This document shows, in pieces, positions 26,417 to 39,751 of a stretch of 64,000 nucleotides of DNA. Where the stretch lies: the NCBI GenBank assembly GCA_000165425.1, contig CT868015.1, forward strand, positions 1 through 64,000, given 5' to 3'. The position numbers were made by a program, and so were the translations under genes. Every line of letters starts with the position of its first letter. The first letter of the stretch is position 1. This DNA is from Paramecium tetraurelia. Taxonomy: Eukaryota. The notes under the pieces were generated by a model. It did no database searches. It was not told the DNA's origin and saw nothing but the letters and a program-made list of their open reading frames with translations.

Positions 26417-27741
26417 ATGGACACGCCAATTGGTAAGGATCTCACAAATTAAGTGATTGGGAAGGTTTATAAATTAATAAAAAGAGTTGGCAGCGGTGCT
26501 TTTGGAGAAATATATTTGGTTGTTAAAGGAAAAGAAGAATATGCGATGAAACTAGAAAGAAGTGATACGAAACATCCATAAATATTTTTTGAGGCGAAAT
26601 TGTATAACTATTTGCAAGGATCTGATCCCAGTGATAAAGGTATTTGAATTATTAACTCAAAGCCAGGAATTCCTAGAATATATGCTTAAGGTTAAGACGG
26701 TGATTATAATTACATCGTCATGGATTTACTGGGTTAAAGCTTAGAAGAATTATTTAGTAAAAATAACAAAAGACTTTCACTCAAGACTGTAATTTGTACC
26801 CTCAATGATTTAGGTGCTGATGTTGGGTGATCAAATGATTTAACGGATTGAATACATTCATACAAAATAATTTCTACATCGCGATATCAAGCCAGACAAC
26901 TTTCTAATTGGTTTAGGCAAGAAAGCAACTCGGGTTTACATACTAGATTTTGGGTTAGCCAAGAGATATTTAACTAAGGAAGGTCACATTCCTTATAGAG
27001 AAGGAAAGAGTTTGACTGGGACTGCTCGCTATGCTTCTGTCAATACTCATTTAGGTTTGGAATAATCAAGGAGAGATGATCTTGAATCACTGGGTTATGT
27101 GCTCATGTATCTGCTGAGAGGTTAATTGCCTTGGCAAAATATGAAAGCTATCAATCAAAAGGATAAATATTAAAGAATTATGGAGAAGAAACTTGAAACC
27201 TCTCCAGATGCTCTTTGCAAAGGATTTCCAATTGAAATGAGTTAATATTTGAATTATTGTAAGAATTTAAAGTTTGAAGATAAACCAGATTACAATTATT
27301 TGAGAGGTCTTTTTAAAGTATAAATTGTTAGTATTTAAGGATGCTTTTAAGAAGATAGGTTTCGAATGGGATTATAAGTTTGAATGGATTAAGGATGAAT
27401 CAATTGTCAAAACCTAATAGGATATACAATCAGAAAATAAGCTGATGATTATGACTTAGCCATTACAACAATAACAATAGGTAGTCAGACAAAATGGCAT
27501 TGAGTCAGATAAGAAGATTGGAAATAATAGTCATCATCTCAATATCAATTCTCAATAATAATCAGGACAAAGAAGACCCCAATAACAGACCAACAAAGCG
27601 TCATAATAGTTATCAGTTGAGAAAAAAAGGACAACATCCTAAACTAAATAGTTTATTTAATCTAAAGAGTTAGTCAAACCTGTAACATAAGTATTAGCCC
27701 CAAAGATTGTTACTACTAAAGAACCACCTAGAAAGTATTGA
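26417..27741 (+). CDS. CK1: Casein kinase I family Ser/Thr kinase with a Gln-rich C-terminal tail
   Basis: [118 protein letters not shown]. Three tiny introns. Confidence 0.97.
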
Positions 27742-27849
27742 AAAATATTGCATTATATAACAATAAAATTTATCATAATAAATTATTATTTCTTAAGATT
27801 CAATCAACTGGTGTTAGGTTGATCCTTTTGTATTATAAAAATAATAAAG

Positions 27850-28472
27850 AACAGAGAATGGTTTAAAAATTTATAATTATTTTTGATATTCTAATTATGA
27901 AAGAACTATTCTAGAGTTTTAAATTAAATAAATATTAAATAGTTTCATGCGAATGGTTCCATCTTTACAATTTATTAAATTCTAATAAATTTCTAGTTCA
28001 AACAGTATCTTTTTGTAAATAATAGTTTTAATTTTTATGTTGCACTGAATTGAAAACTCTGATTTCAAAGGCATAATAATGAGAATCCTCAGATAATTTT
28101 ACTTCGCATTTGTACTTTTGTTTCAAAATTAAATCAAATTAACTAACTTTTATTTATCTCTCACAATAATCCAATCTATAGAAAGAATTTACATGTTTAA
28201 ACTGGTATATGCTAATATTTAAGTTTTCACTTATCAATATATAACAATACGCAAAATGTTTGATTTAATAAGTTATTTGAACTTCCAGTTCATAAAAGTC
28301 CTGCTTGGTTGCTTAATGATTCATTTCTTTATAAGTGGATTTACTATTTACAAAATTTAATAAAGTTAATAGTTCTTAGTGTTATTAAGACCAAAAAAGA
28401 GTTAGTTATTATATCTTAATTGAAATTTAATTAACAACGTTATTATTTAATTAATTCTGAATATAAGTTCAT
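27850..28472 (-). pseudogene. Hypothetical gene with an in-frame TGA (premature stop, true stop or recoded codon); boundaries uncertain
   Basis: Minus frame MNHQATKQDFYELEVQITYQIKHF...YYAFEIRVFNSVQHKNQNYYLQKDTV*TRNLLEFNKLQRWNHSHETIQYLF, with TGA at 27998-28000 and the frame still open after it. Confidence 0.35.
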
Positions 28473-28535
28473 ATTAAATGGGTTTTGTAATTATTTAGGA
28501 TTCTTAAAAAAAAGGAATTTGATTAATTAATATAA

Positions 28536-29918
28536 ATGATAACTAATCATCCAGCTTATCCAAAAAAAGAGATTGATAAATATTATTTGCAAACTAAATT
28601 GCCAGAGTATTGACTTTGTTAATGTAGATATCAAACAGTTCCTATCAATGAACATTAAAAAAAAACCCATGACTATTATAATGATAATACACATATTTGG
28701 AATAATCCACATCAAGCGAAATCGAATGCGAAAGTTTTCAAATAATTAAAAGAACAACACGACTAAGGTTAGAAGAGAATTAAGAAATTGTAAGAGGTGG
28801 AATAGAAAGAGAAATAGGAGTTACAACGCAATAAAATAATATACTATAATATGGCAAGAGAAGAGGATCTCATGCGATTACAATAACGAAAATTAGAAAG
28901 AGGTAGTCTACAAAACTTAAGTTCGCAGCGCAATGATGTTTAAGTAGATTCCATAGCTGTAAAGCCAATCCTTTCAAGAACAGCATTACTGGGTCGACCA
29001 GACCATCTATGGAACAAACTGAATTAACAATCTTAAAAATATGTTAATTTGCTGATCAACCCAAAGATTTTGCAAATGGAAGAGCAAGGAGTGAAAGCAA
29101 TTAGTGAGAAAATCTCAAAAGATTTGGAAATTGAGTAAATCAAAGAGGAGTTAAGACTATAGAATATGGAACATATTAAATAATAAAGTACTCTAAGAAG
29201 GATGACTAATCTTGAAATGGAATAAAGAAGTGGCATTCTCCCTTCTAGACTAAGTTTGTAAAGAGTAGCCACTGCTTAAACTAATTGTAGACAACCTAAG
29301 GATGTTATAGAATCTACTTTATAACAATTGGAACATCAATAGCAATCTCAAACTATTCAATAATTGCAAAATTAAATTATCAATTCAGCATAATACAATC
29401 AGACAAGCAGACCATATACAGTTGGAAGTGTAAAGCTATATATTTTTATTTTAGGATTTCAATTCCATTTCTTTCAATGCTGGATAAACAGCCAAAATTG
29501 AATAGCGTAATAATCCTAATCAGAATTAAACAACCCCAATTTTTCTGGTTAATGGGTATTTGATCATATGTATTTTAGTCAAAAATCAAAATCTGTATCT
29601 ACACTTTCTCACAAGCATCCACTTGATAGAACAGAATTTAAAGGATTGTTGTTAGCTTAAGCAGTCGAACAAGCTGAGAGTAATTTTAGTAAAACCCTCA
29701 AAGCCAATAGTTCTTTATTAAAAGAAACTTCGATTCACCTCACGAGGACTAAGTAGTCGATGATTCCAAAAAAAAGAATACAGATAAAATGTAATAGCCA
29801 CTTCCCTAATGAGTAAAATAAAAATGATCAAAATGATTTGTAGATTGTAAACAGCATGTTGGATAGTTTTGAAAGGAAACTGTATAGAACCAACTATTTA
29901 GATGATGAGAATTTGTGA
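28536..29918 (+). CDS. Hypothetical protein
   Basis: ATG 28536 (MITNHPAYPKKEIDKYYLQTKLPE), a stop-containing 21-nt intron (gtattgactttgttaatgtag), then a long open frame ending ...YLDDENL* at 29916-29918. Confidence 0.7.
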
Positions 29919-29984
29919 TAACAAAAATTAATATTAAAATTAATCTAAAATTGACTTAATATTGCTCAAAATTAAATTATATCA

Positions 29985-30955
29985 TCAACTTCTAGATATT
30001 GATTTCGATTTAGATTCGTAATATCCAAAATCTGAAGGAAGTCTATACTGACCAGGTCCGGGAGTTTGCATACTGGAAACTGAATAAGTTTTCCTGATAT
30101 CATGAGGAAAACTTCTACATTTACTAGAATGTAAATTAGAAATTGGATAAAATCCAGTCTTTAAAGTTTAGATAAAAAGATTACCTTTTAAATGCCAATA
30201 TTATCTAATTTATAATTTCCTGGTCCTGGAACATCACTGCTATCTGAAATTAATAGAATTAATAATTTACATTATTTATTGTCAAATCTCCTAGATCGGG
30301 GAGGATTAAAAAGAGTGGCACAACTATTGGAAAACTTAGAAATTGGATATTTTCCTTTAGAATCTATTCCTTAGACAGAGTTATAAGCTCCAGGTCCTAC
30401 AATAATCAAACACGAAAACCTGGAACATTTTTGGTAAGAATCATTATATCTTATTAATTTTTTGGACGCATCGTATATCTTGTTTAGCTGAGTGTAGACT
30501 GACTCTCATACTTTCCTGGGCCAGGAGTTACTTTATTCAATCCCCCCATAATCCCAGTTTACCACATTTTCTAGAAATAACAATATAATATTACATCTCT
30601 ACTCACTCCAAAGGGATAGCCTCGATTTTTAGTTTTATTAAAATCTATTTCCCCCACTATCTTGTAGGTATCAGGTGCTGGAGTTTTTGGTCCATTTTTT
30701 GTGAAATCATATCTATAATATAAATAATGTTGTTGTACTTAGATGAATAGCCAACACCTGCAGCTCTTTTTTGCTTTTGGTCTGGGAGATCATAAAATGC
30801 CACTGCGCAACTAATTATGAAACGCACAGTTACTTATTTGGATTTTCTAACTTGCCAAAGCGGCTGCTTTTAGGGAAGGACCACAGTTATTTAGCAGTAC
30901 TCAGATTGAGAGGCGATTGACTAATTTATTGACAGGTAGAGGCTGTGATTGACAT
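29985..30955 (-). CDS. PGPGxY-repeat protein (sperm-tail PG-rich / SHIPPO-ODF3-like), probably axonemal
   Basis: Repeated TPAPDTY, TPGPGKY, PGPGNY and TPGPGQYRLPSDFG motifs. N-terminus MSITASTCQQISQSPLNLSTAKQLWSFPKSSRF; many tiny introns. Confidence 0.85.
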
Positions 30956-31021
30956 TTAATAAAATTAATAAAAGTAGAATAATAATTATTATTTTTATAA
31001 ATGGAAGTGATGATCAAATTT

Positions 31022-31930
31022 TCAAAGTCTCACTGGAGAGACTGATTTAACAAGTGTGAATGTTGGATAAACATAAACTTATTTTGGTTGTTATTGCATT
31101 TGAATATTCCTTTGAGGAGTATTAGGTAATCTCTTCACATATTATTTATTAACTTGTGGTTGTTTCTATTAGAGAGATTAGAACAGTTAAGTTAGCATTT
31201 ATTTTTATTCTGCCAACTCTTATCTAATTTCTTAGATATACTTAGTATTTGGATCTTCTGATTAAATTTGAGTGCAATTACCATTACATGAATGGTAGTT
31301 TGAGTCATCCATTTTTTTTTATTATTATTTTTCAAAAGAAGTTTGCAAATTCTTTTCAATCACATTATTTTAATGAGAAACTAAAGAGATGTAGTTTTAT
31401 ATGTTTCCTAATGGTACATCATTTCCATCCTGTACTTTTTGTATAGATTACTTTGAACTTAGTGATTTGGTTGAGAATCCTTAGTTTTATGATTCTTATC
31501 TTATGTTAGGCTTAATTTTTATGCTATTGAATTTATTAAGTAAACTGTGTATCTTATTTTTATGATCATTATAAGCAGTATTATAATCTACATTGAATTT
31601 GCTTGGCAGGGTTTTTTGAGAACTTAATTATTGTTATTCATTTTCTTCATTCTAAACATAAATAGGCTTTATAGTAGATCTTCTTTCTTCACTAGGAGGA
31701 GATCTATTTAACTCTTTTTAAACAACTTCACTCAAACATTGAAGATTTTTATTATTTTATTGTATAATTGATTTAGTTCTCTATGCAGTTGTAGATTAGA
31801 TATCAGCAAATACTGTCTTCTTTTATTTAGAATCGGAATGATATTTTTATTTTTAAGCTTCCAAAATATTTTTTAATGTTAACATACGATCATTAGTTTA
31901 TTATTATTATTATTATTATTATTACTAATA

Positions 31931-31961
<31 letters not shown>

Positions 31962-33217
31962 TGTTAGGTTGATTTAACTTCATTTTAAGATAATGATCGT
32001 TTCTAATTATAATCACTATTCCTCTTCATGTATTATTGTTATTCCTCTTGGAAGGCTGCTGTTTTTCTAGAATTCTTTAGACTTGGAATCTCTAATAAGC
32101 CAAATGAAATCTTGTTTTCAAAAAAATCCTCAGTTGGTTAAGTTTTAGTTCTTGATTACTAAGTATCAGTTTTTCTTTAAGTCTAATTCTCATCATGTTA
32201 ATCTAATATGAACTCATAAATCTAATGTTGTTAATCAAGATTTCTTGTATTAAATTAACTTTATAATTTCCTGATTTCCTCGACTGATTTGCTTAGAGTA
32301 TTTGTTTTGGTGCTGTATTTTCTTAAAGAAGGGTATTATTAGGATTTGATTTCAGTTAATGTATTTACCCGTAGTCTAACGAATTGCATCACCTCAAATA
32401 ACCTTATGTATCCCAATATTATCTCCTTCGATATAGGAGTTATTATGTATTACTAATTAGCTTTCTTAGAGAAATTAACTATCAAAGATATAATGACGAA
32501 TTACACACTAATTCTTGCGGAGTTTCCATTTAATCCAAATATCCGCTGCTCTTGATTTCCACCAACTGTCCCTGATTATATTTGCCTTTCACCCATTGAA
32601 TTCGCTGATCTTGGAATATCATCAACCCATTCCCATGATACACGCCTTATTGGAACTAGCCTTGATAAATCTCATCTTGCTAATCTAATCGACCCAATCC
32701 ATTTAATTTCCCTTCCACAAACTATCCACATTGATAGAATAAATTTGAAATCTCTATTCCCAAACCATTTGGTAAATTTGCCTTCCCTACATTTCCGTAG
32801 TAGATACAATGATTAAATAACTATATTTGTAAGTCCCCTTACTGCAGTTTACTTATGCCCTGCAATATACGATCAGCCTCTTGAGTGCAGTCATGGGTTA
32901 TCTGAGCACTCGATGATTGTATTGTGATCTTTCTTTCTCCTTCCTAAATGAACATAGCCTCTCCTTTGTCGAATTAACTATAAAACACTCTTGTGCCAAC
33001 CTTTATCACAATGTATCCATGGGCAACTCCCCTCTTGAAACCACCTTAGATGATGATCTAGCCACCTAAGAACAAGATTCCCTATCCGTCAATCAAATCG
33101 TTTTTCCACTCTCCATAATAAGCAGAACCAACATCCCATAAGTATACTCCAAGCCCATGTTTTTGTTATTTTGCATTTAATCCTTCCTTAATAAATTCCA
33201 TCCTTATGTTCCTTCAT
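31022..33217 (-). CDS. MORN-repeat protein with a long Gln-rich low-complexity C-terminal region
   Basis: KHGLGVYLWDVGSAYYGEWKNDLIDGQGILFLGG, GGFKRGVAHGY, GKFTKWFGN and YQGVYHGNGLM-type MORN repeats. Poly-Gln tract near 31900; stop TGA at 31022-31024. Confidence 0.8.
31898..31966 (-). repeat. (TAA)n microsatellite encoding poly-Gln
   Basis: 23 in-frame codons inside the MORN gene: 19 TAA, 2 TAG, 1 CAA and 1 TAT. Confidence 0.9.
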
Positions 33218-33403
33218 CCGTTAATATAAAAAATATCAATATGTATCATCACAAGATTAAATAATTTTAACATACACACAAATTATGAACATTATCTATT
33301 TAATTTGAGATGGCTAGACTCATTTCTATTAACTAATGAACGAGTATATATGATACAAGAAAATTAGTTAAAATCATAATATTAAATTATTCATTTATTT
33401 AGT

Positions 33404-34452
33404 ATGCAAGTAGTAGCAAAAATCCCTGTTGAAATTAACAAGACCTTGGATGAGAATTATAAGGTGATCAAGGATCAATGCAAAAATGAAATGCTCAACT
33501 AGATGATTAATAGTTTATTAGATCAAGTAATTTGAAATTGAAATTATTAGAAACAAGCACCTCATATTCGATTACAATTTCTGTACAATATTCGACAATA
33601 AGATTAGAATATATAATTATCTGATCTATGCATCAACCAACTTGAATTGAACATAGTCAATAATATCAAATATGTATTCAAATTTCATTATGATAGAGTA
33701 TGGGTAATCATTAGAGCAAATACTAAGATACACAGATTTATTAAACTAGAATAAAATAGAGTTTTCTTGTGAATTCATGAGACCAATTCCCATCACATTC
33801 AATTCTTAAAGTTTCGATTATATTCAATTGGATCTGACTCATCAAACCATTTGGGACTACTCCATTACTCCTTTGATGAGATTTCGCCATATATTGTATT
33901 AAGCTTAATGTACAAAACTGTAATAGGGAGATCATCAACTGATTCTGAGTCTATTCAAACCAGAATATAAGATTGATTGGAATCAATTCAAACTTTTGGT
34001 TGAGTACAATCCATAATTAGTGAGTGATCTCATAACAAAATTATATCAATTGGGAGTAAATGCTAACGTGTATATATAAAATGATTTTTTTAGATATTTG
34101 GACTGTTTAATTTAGATTAAGATTAGTATTCAGACTTTAGAATTAGTGAACTAATTATCAAAGAGCATAAGTCTACCAGACCAATTCTTTAATATGTTCA
34201 TAAGGAAGTGCATAGTAAATTGTGAAGAATACAAGATCGTAAGATTATTAATTTATTATTTAGAATTAGCCATAACAATTGACTAGATAAGTGAGATTAG
34301 TATCAGTGTTTATCCGTACATTGATTAAATAAAAGACATTTGATCCAAAAAAGATTTATGTAGAATTGCAAGGGTTTTGCTTAGAATTTTCATCCATTCT
34401 AGAAGCAACTCAATTATTTAAGACTATTAAGAATGCAGTACAAGAATAATGA
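33404..34452 (+). CDS. CNOT11: CCR4-NOT complex subunit 11-like (start codon uncertain)
   Basis: EFMRPIP, IWDYS, LLVEYNPQLV, LELVNQLSKSISLPDQFFNMFIRKCIVNCE and RQVRLVSVFIRTLIK...IYVELQGFCLEFSSILEATQLFK match the CNOT11 C-terminal domain as I recall it (RLVRLVCVFLQSLI...[22 protein letters not shown]). Confidence 0.8.
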
Positions 34453-34666
34453 GATATTTATATGAATACATAAATCGCAATATTAATAAATTATCCAGTA
34501 GTTTTTTTCAGATAGGAGGCTTTACTTTTATAATATATTCTGTTCAATTCATATATTCCTCAATTTATTTTAATGAAAGATCATATAAAAATTAATTAGC
34601 AAGTTATGATTTGAATTAATTTTGCAATATATATTTATTATTTAATCAATTATGTGGTGTTTTTCA

Positions 34667-35773
34667 TCAGTCGCAAAAATATTACAGACCTTTTTCCTAA
34701 TCATTCGAATGTAAATTGTCATTACAAAATTTACATAAAAAGACAGGAGATGAACCTGGTATTAATGTATCTGAAATCCTAAATAATTAAGCAGACCTTC
34801 CACAACCATCACATCCTCTGATTTTTAGTGGTGCTTTAAAGATGGTCCTGGCATAAGGGGAATTAAGTTCTTCATCTTAAGTCAATGAACGTATTTCATT
34901 GACATATATTCTATGTTTGCATTAATTTAAATGCGTATATGTATATTGTTTACATAACACAAATTTAAGTTGCCCTATGACATCTTGTTTTTTTCCAATG
35001 CTGATTGATGGAGGATCAAAAATTTGTAATTCATCTTGATAAAACATTTTTTCTGTGGATTCAACAGGACAATCTATTTCCTAGATTACTGATTCAAGAG
35101 TTGCATCGTTTGTAGCTATGATGATTTACATCTTCTTATTAGTGAATGGATGATAAATAGTGAAATGAATCATGAATCTATCTTAGACATGATTGGATAT
35201 CTATTTGATTTTGTGAAGCTAATAGACATTTGGCTATATGGATTTAAGGAATCGAAATTCCTATTCTTACCTATGATATGTTTGTAAAATTACGCCAATT
35301 GAAAGGATTGCAATTTGCATTTCTTTAATTTGTCTTATTCCTACTTGAGTGAGGGGAATCCTTGTAAGGCATGAATGTAAGCACAATTGATGGCTTCATT
35401 CTTTACTTTTCTGACTTACATGGCTGCAATAACAGATTGAGTATAGAAATTAGTAGTAATTAACTCTGCATGATTCTGATATTCTAAGAGTTGGTTTTTC
35501 TTAAGCTCTAAATTATCTGAGGGTTTTTAATCTGGAATTTCATTTTCGTTCTATTCCTTTATTGTTATTTGATACTAATTGTTCAACTTTTTATAAGATA
35601 GAATGCAGTGTTGGAGATTTATAAGGTCTGAGGTCGATAGTATGATTGCATGAGTTCAATTTCGCAACTTCGATGAGTTCTGCAAAGGAATTTTAGAGAC
35701 CTTTAAAGTATCTAGCTAAATAGAATTGGTTAAATTACTCGATAGGACAGATTTCTTATTATTCCTACAGCAT
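34667..35773 (-). CDS. SNAPC3: snRNA-activating protein complex subunit 3 (SNAP50)-like
   Basis: C-terminal YTYTHLNQCKHRIYVNEIR...CDGCGRSA...SDTLIPGSSPVFLCKFCNDNLH fits the SNAP50 zinc-finger pattern (YxHxxxCxH...CxxC...PxFxCxxC...H). Confidence 0.75.
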
Positions 35774-35799
35774 TTTTATAAATAAATTATAAAGATAAG

Positions 35800-38700
35800 A
35801 TGGAATTAAACAATTCAATTTCAAGAAATTCAAGGACGTCTAGATAATCATTGGCCGAAGTTCTTTAAGCTCATGAAGAGTAATAGGAATTGGAATTGAA
35901 ATCCAAGCTGAAGAAAGCATAAACTCTAAGTTAAAAAAAAATCAGGTAGCAGCAAATCTAAACTTTAAAAGAGTAATCCTTAAGAGAGATATTGGGATTT
36001 TTTACGAATCAAATTGATGTCAAGAGATTTTTAAAAAACAAAAAGAAATTGCTGAGTTGTGACGATACAGAGGAATCAGAGAAATATTAAGATGAGTTTT
36101 TAAATCCAAATGAGTTTGAAGAAATGAAACATATTTATGGAGATTGCAATATTGGGGATCTTGTAATTGTTTTTCCGAATCCAGATGATGAGGATGCTCC
36201 TGTAGGGGAGGTAACTTTTTTGGAAGCCGAAAAGGTTTTTGATAAGTTTATTACAGTTATTACCGATGAAGTTTCTAAGTCATATTTAAAAAAAGAAAGG
36301 GATTCCTTTTTGTTGTCCTTTCTCACATTGGGGGATTATGTGAAGCCATAGAAAAAGACAAAGAAATAAGAGGATAAGAAATAAGATGACAAGAAATAGA
36401 ATAAGGATAATAATGAAAATTAGAATTAATAATCTGATAAAAAAGATGGTCATAAAGAGCAAAAGGAAAATAAAGAAAAGAAGAATTAAAATGATAAGCA
36501 TTAAAATTAATCAGAAGATGCCAAACTATTACCAAACTAAAAAGATTAACCATCAAGAATTAACTCATAGCAATCTTAACATACTGAAAGTAAGGCTTAA
36601 GAAGAAACTTCATATGAAAAATATTAAAAGTTTATGAAGCTCTATGAAGTATAATTAAAATAGGAGGAAGAATAATATCAAGAGCAAAGGAATGTTGCCA
36701 AATAAATTCAATTAGAATAATTTTCAGAAGTCAAATTTTCTTAATAATTCTATCGACATTGGTAAAAACAAAAAAAATAAGAAGACACCATCATTGACCC
36801 ACTTAAAGAATTACTTAAAATTGATCTTAATAATATTAAGCAATTCAAAAATGTGAGTAAATAACTAAGCAAGGGAGGGTATCTAGTAAAGAGAATGAAT
36901 GATGAAGTAGATTATGATTGGATTTGTCAAAATACACCTCCAAGAGATTTCTTGACTCTTGTTCGCATAACAGTTATCAATAAACTATGTAGAAATGCTT
37001 TTGTTCATTGTAGATAATTTGTTTCAACAACTGGAAAACAAATTTTTGTTGTTGTCAAAAGTCATCAATAAGTTATTACAAGACAAGCATAGAAAATGAA
37101 AATAACGAAATAAATAGAAATGGGATTCGCAGATTTATTTTCACTGGAACCTGTAGATAATGAATTTAGACCTTTGAGGTTGAAAAGCTATGTTAGGATT
37201 ATTGATGATGATTTAAGAAATATATTGGCATAGGAAGAATATGGTTAGACTGAACCTGAATTTGATTATTTGAATTGTTAGGATGTTGAAAATTACTGTT
37301 TGAAATTGTATATCAAAGTAAGACAATGGAAAGGAAAAGACTTGAAATATAATGTTGTTAAAAAATAAAGAGAGGTTGATAAGATATTGAAAGAAGTTGT
37401 TACAGACTTAAATATCGATCAAAGTCATGAGAAGGTTGAATTGATTGATGATATACCAATAACTGATGAGGAATGGCAGGTCTATTATCTCTATTTAGAA
37501 AGTATACTATGTTTTGGTAAGAAAATCTAATGGGCAAAAGAGTAAAAAATGAAGGAAGTAATAGAGAATATTGCTTTCCTCTATAAACTAGTCTTTCTTA
37601 AGGCATTAGGTGATGCCAACCAAATATGGTATGCTGAGAACCAAAGTTTTTGGAGGGAATTTAACGGAGAGAAGCAGATCATATTCAATTTATGGGGTAG
37701 ACTCAATATAACTCCAGTTGCACCATATACGGAGTATTTTAAATCATCAGGGAGTGCAGGTTCATCCCTGTGGAGAAAGTACGAGATTAATGAAAATAAG
37801 CATCGTTCAGAGTTTATTAATATGGAAAAAATTAAGATTACTAATTCGATTGTTTTAAAACATATTAACATTTTAAAGATGTTGTAAATGCAATATCTTT
37901 TTGCGTATTTCCCTGTTCATGACCTACATCAATTAAAAGGGTAAGGAGAGTTAAAGAAACAATTCTTTGAGCCCTTAAAAAAGAACGGATTTATTGTAGA
38001 GAAAGAAGCTTCTGAAGGTGAGAAATATTTGAGAGATTTATTTAAGGAATTAGCAGATGAAGCAGAATCAACAGATTTCGATTCTGAAAGTTTGGAAAAG
38101 GAAAGTGGATTCAATCCCAGAGTACCTTGGTTCGTTCCTATTGATTCGATACGTGATTATTTTGGGGAGAAGATTGCTTTGTATTTTGACTTTTTGAGTT
38201 ACTATGCTAAATAGTTATGGTATATGGCTGTTATCAGTATAATTACATAGGGAATTATGTCCTCTTCTTCATTAGAATTGAGACAGACAGCCATTATTGG
38301 ATTTTCAATCATTATTATTATTTGGAGTACATTCTTTATGGAATTTTGGAAAAGAGAATAGGTGTATTTTAGTGTGAGATTTGGATAATAAAATTTTGAA
38401 GCTGATGAAGCAGAACGTCCAGCCTTTGAGGGAGACTTCATAAGATCCGTATTGAATGATGATCTGAATGAAGAGTTTTACTCTCCTTTGAAAAGGAAAA
38501 TGAAATAACTTCTAGCATTATCAATAAGTGCTATAATTATTGGATGTGTTATTGGTTGTGTGATTGGCATCAACATTCTTAAGAATACATTGATTGAATA
38601 AAAACTTGATTAAACTCTTTCCAATACAATTCCAAGCATTCTCTAAGCAGTTTCCATTAACTTTTTTAACTTCATCTACAATAAAGTTGGTTAAACATTT

Positions 38701-39683
38701 AATGTTTTGGAGAATCATAAAATATTGTCTACTTACGAAAACTCTCTTGTTGCTAAATTCACTATTTTTAGATTTGTTAATAAGTAACCATATCCATATA
38801 TTTATAGTTTCATTTAATTTTTTATTACATCCTTTTTGTCAAGTTATTTTGTCTAACTCAAATTATGCTAAGTCAATTTAGAAATACAAAATGATTGTTT
38901 TTAAATTCTGTCTAATTAGATGACAACTATATTCTTAACGAATATTATATCTCTCTAAATCCCTAAACTAGTTGCTCCTCACATAAAAGCATTCATTACA
39001 AATGTATTGAATACCAAATATGATAATTTAGCTATTGACGAAGAAAGATGAAAAATTAGTAGAACATCCATTCAATCTGATTGATGAGGAGATAGAAAGG
39101 CAATTAAAATTAGACCCCTATCAAACTAACGAAGAGGTGGATGGAAGTGTAAATGACTATATGGAATTGGCAATTTAGTTCTCTTACCTTTCACTTTTTG
39201 GTTTAGCATTTCCAGCTTGTTACATCTTGGCTTTTGTCTAGAATGTAGTCAAACTTTAAGTCGATAAATTCAACTTCTTTAACTATTCAAGAAGACCATT
39301 CCCTCAAGGTGCATCTTCAATAGGAAATTGGTTGATTATATTTGAAATGATATCATTCCTGGCAATATTTACAAATGCTGGTTTGATTGTTTTTACTTCA
39401 GAAATAATTAAGGAAAACTAGGTGTAAGTATTTACAACGCTTTTAATTGTATTCTTAACACTAAAATATATTATCAGATTTCTAGTTCCTGATGAACCTG
39501 CCGAAGCTCTGGTATTGAATAGAAGACATGAATTTGTTGTGGAGAAGGCAGTTAAAGTAATGAGAAGTGATATTATTATTTTAGGGATTTCAAACTGAAA
39601 GCAATGCCAGATATTTAATACAAAAGATTAATAGATCGATTGGTGGTCCTAAGGAGGTTATAAGCAGTGAAGAGGAGGATTGA
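35800..39683 (+). CDS. Anoctamin/TMEM16-family protein, tandem copy 1 (Ca2+-site Glu to Lys at two positions)
   Basis: FPVHD, PIDSIRDYFGEKIALYFDFL, IWSTFFMEFWKREQ, ENH...YENSLVAK, FVN, DYMELAIQF, RRPFPQGASSIGNW and FLVPDEP. Three tiny introns in the 3' part. Confidence 0.95.
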
Positions 39684-39751
39684 ACTTGAATAGACTTTCT
39701 TTTAATTAATTGTTGTTTATTTTTTCAAATTAATTTATTATTTTATTGAAA

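Noticed and set aside
36286..36637. Hydrophobic or basic ORFs from the supplied track (36286-36501, 36323-36556, 36386-36637)
   Set aside because: These are antisense or off-frame shadows of a K/E/Q/D-rich linker in anoctamin copy 1.
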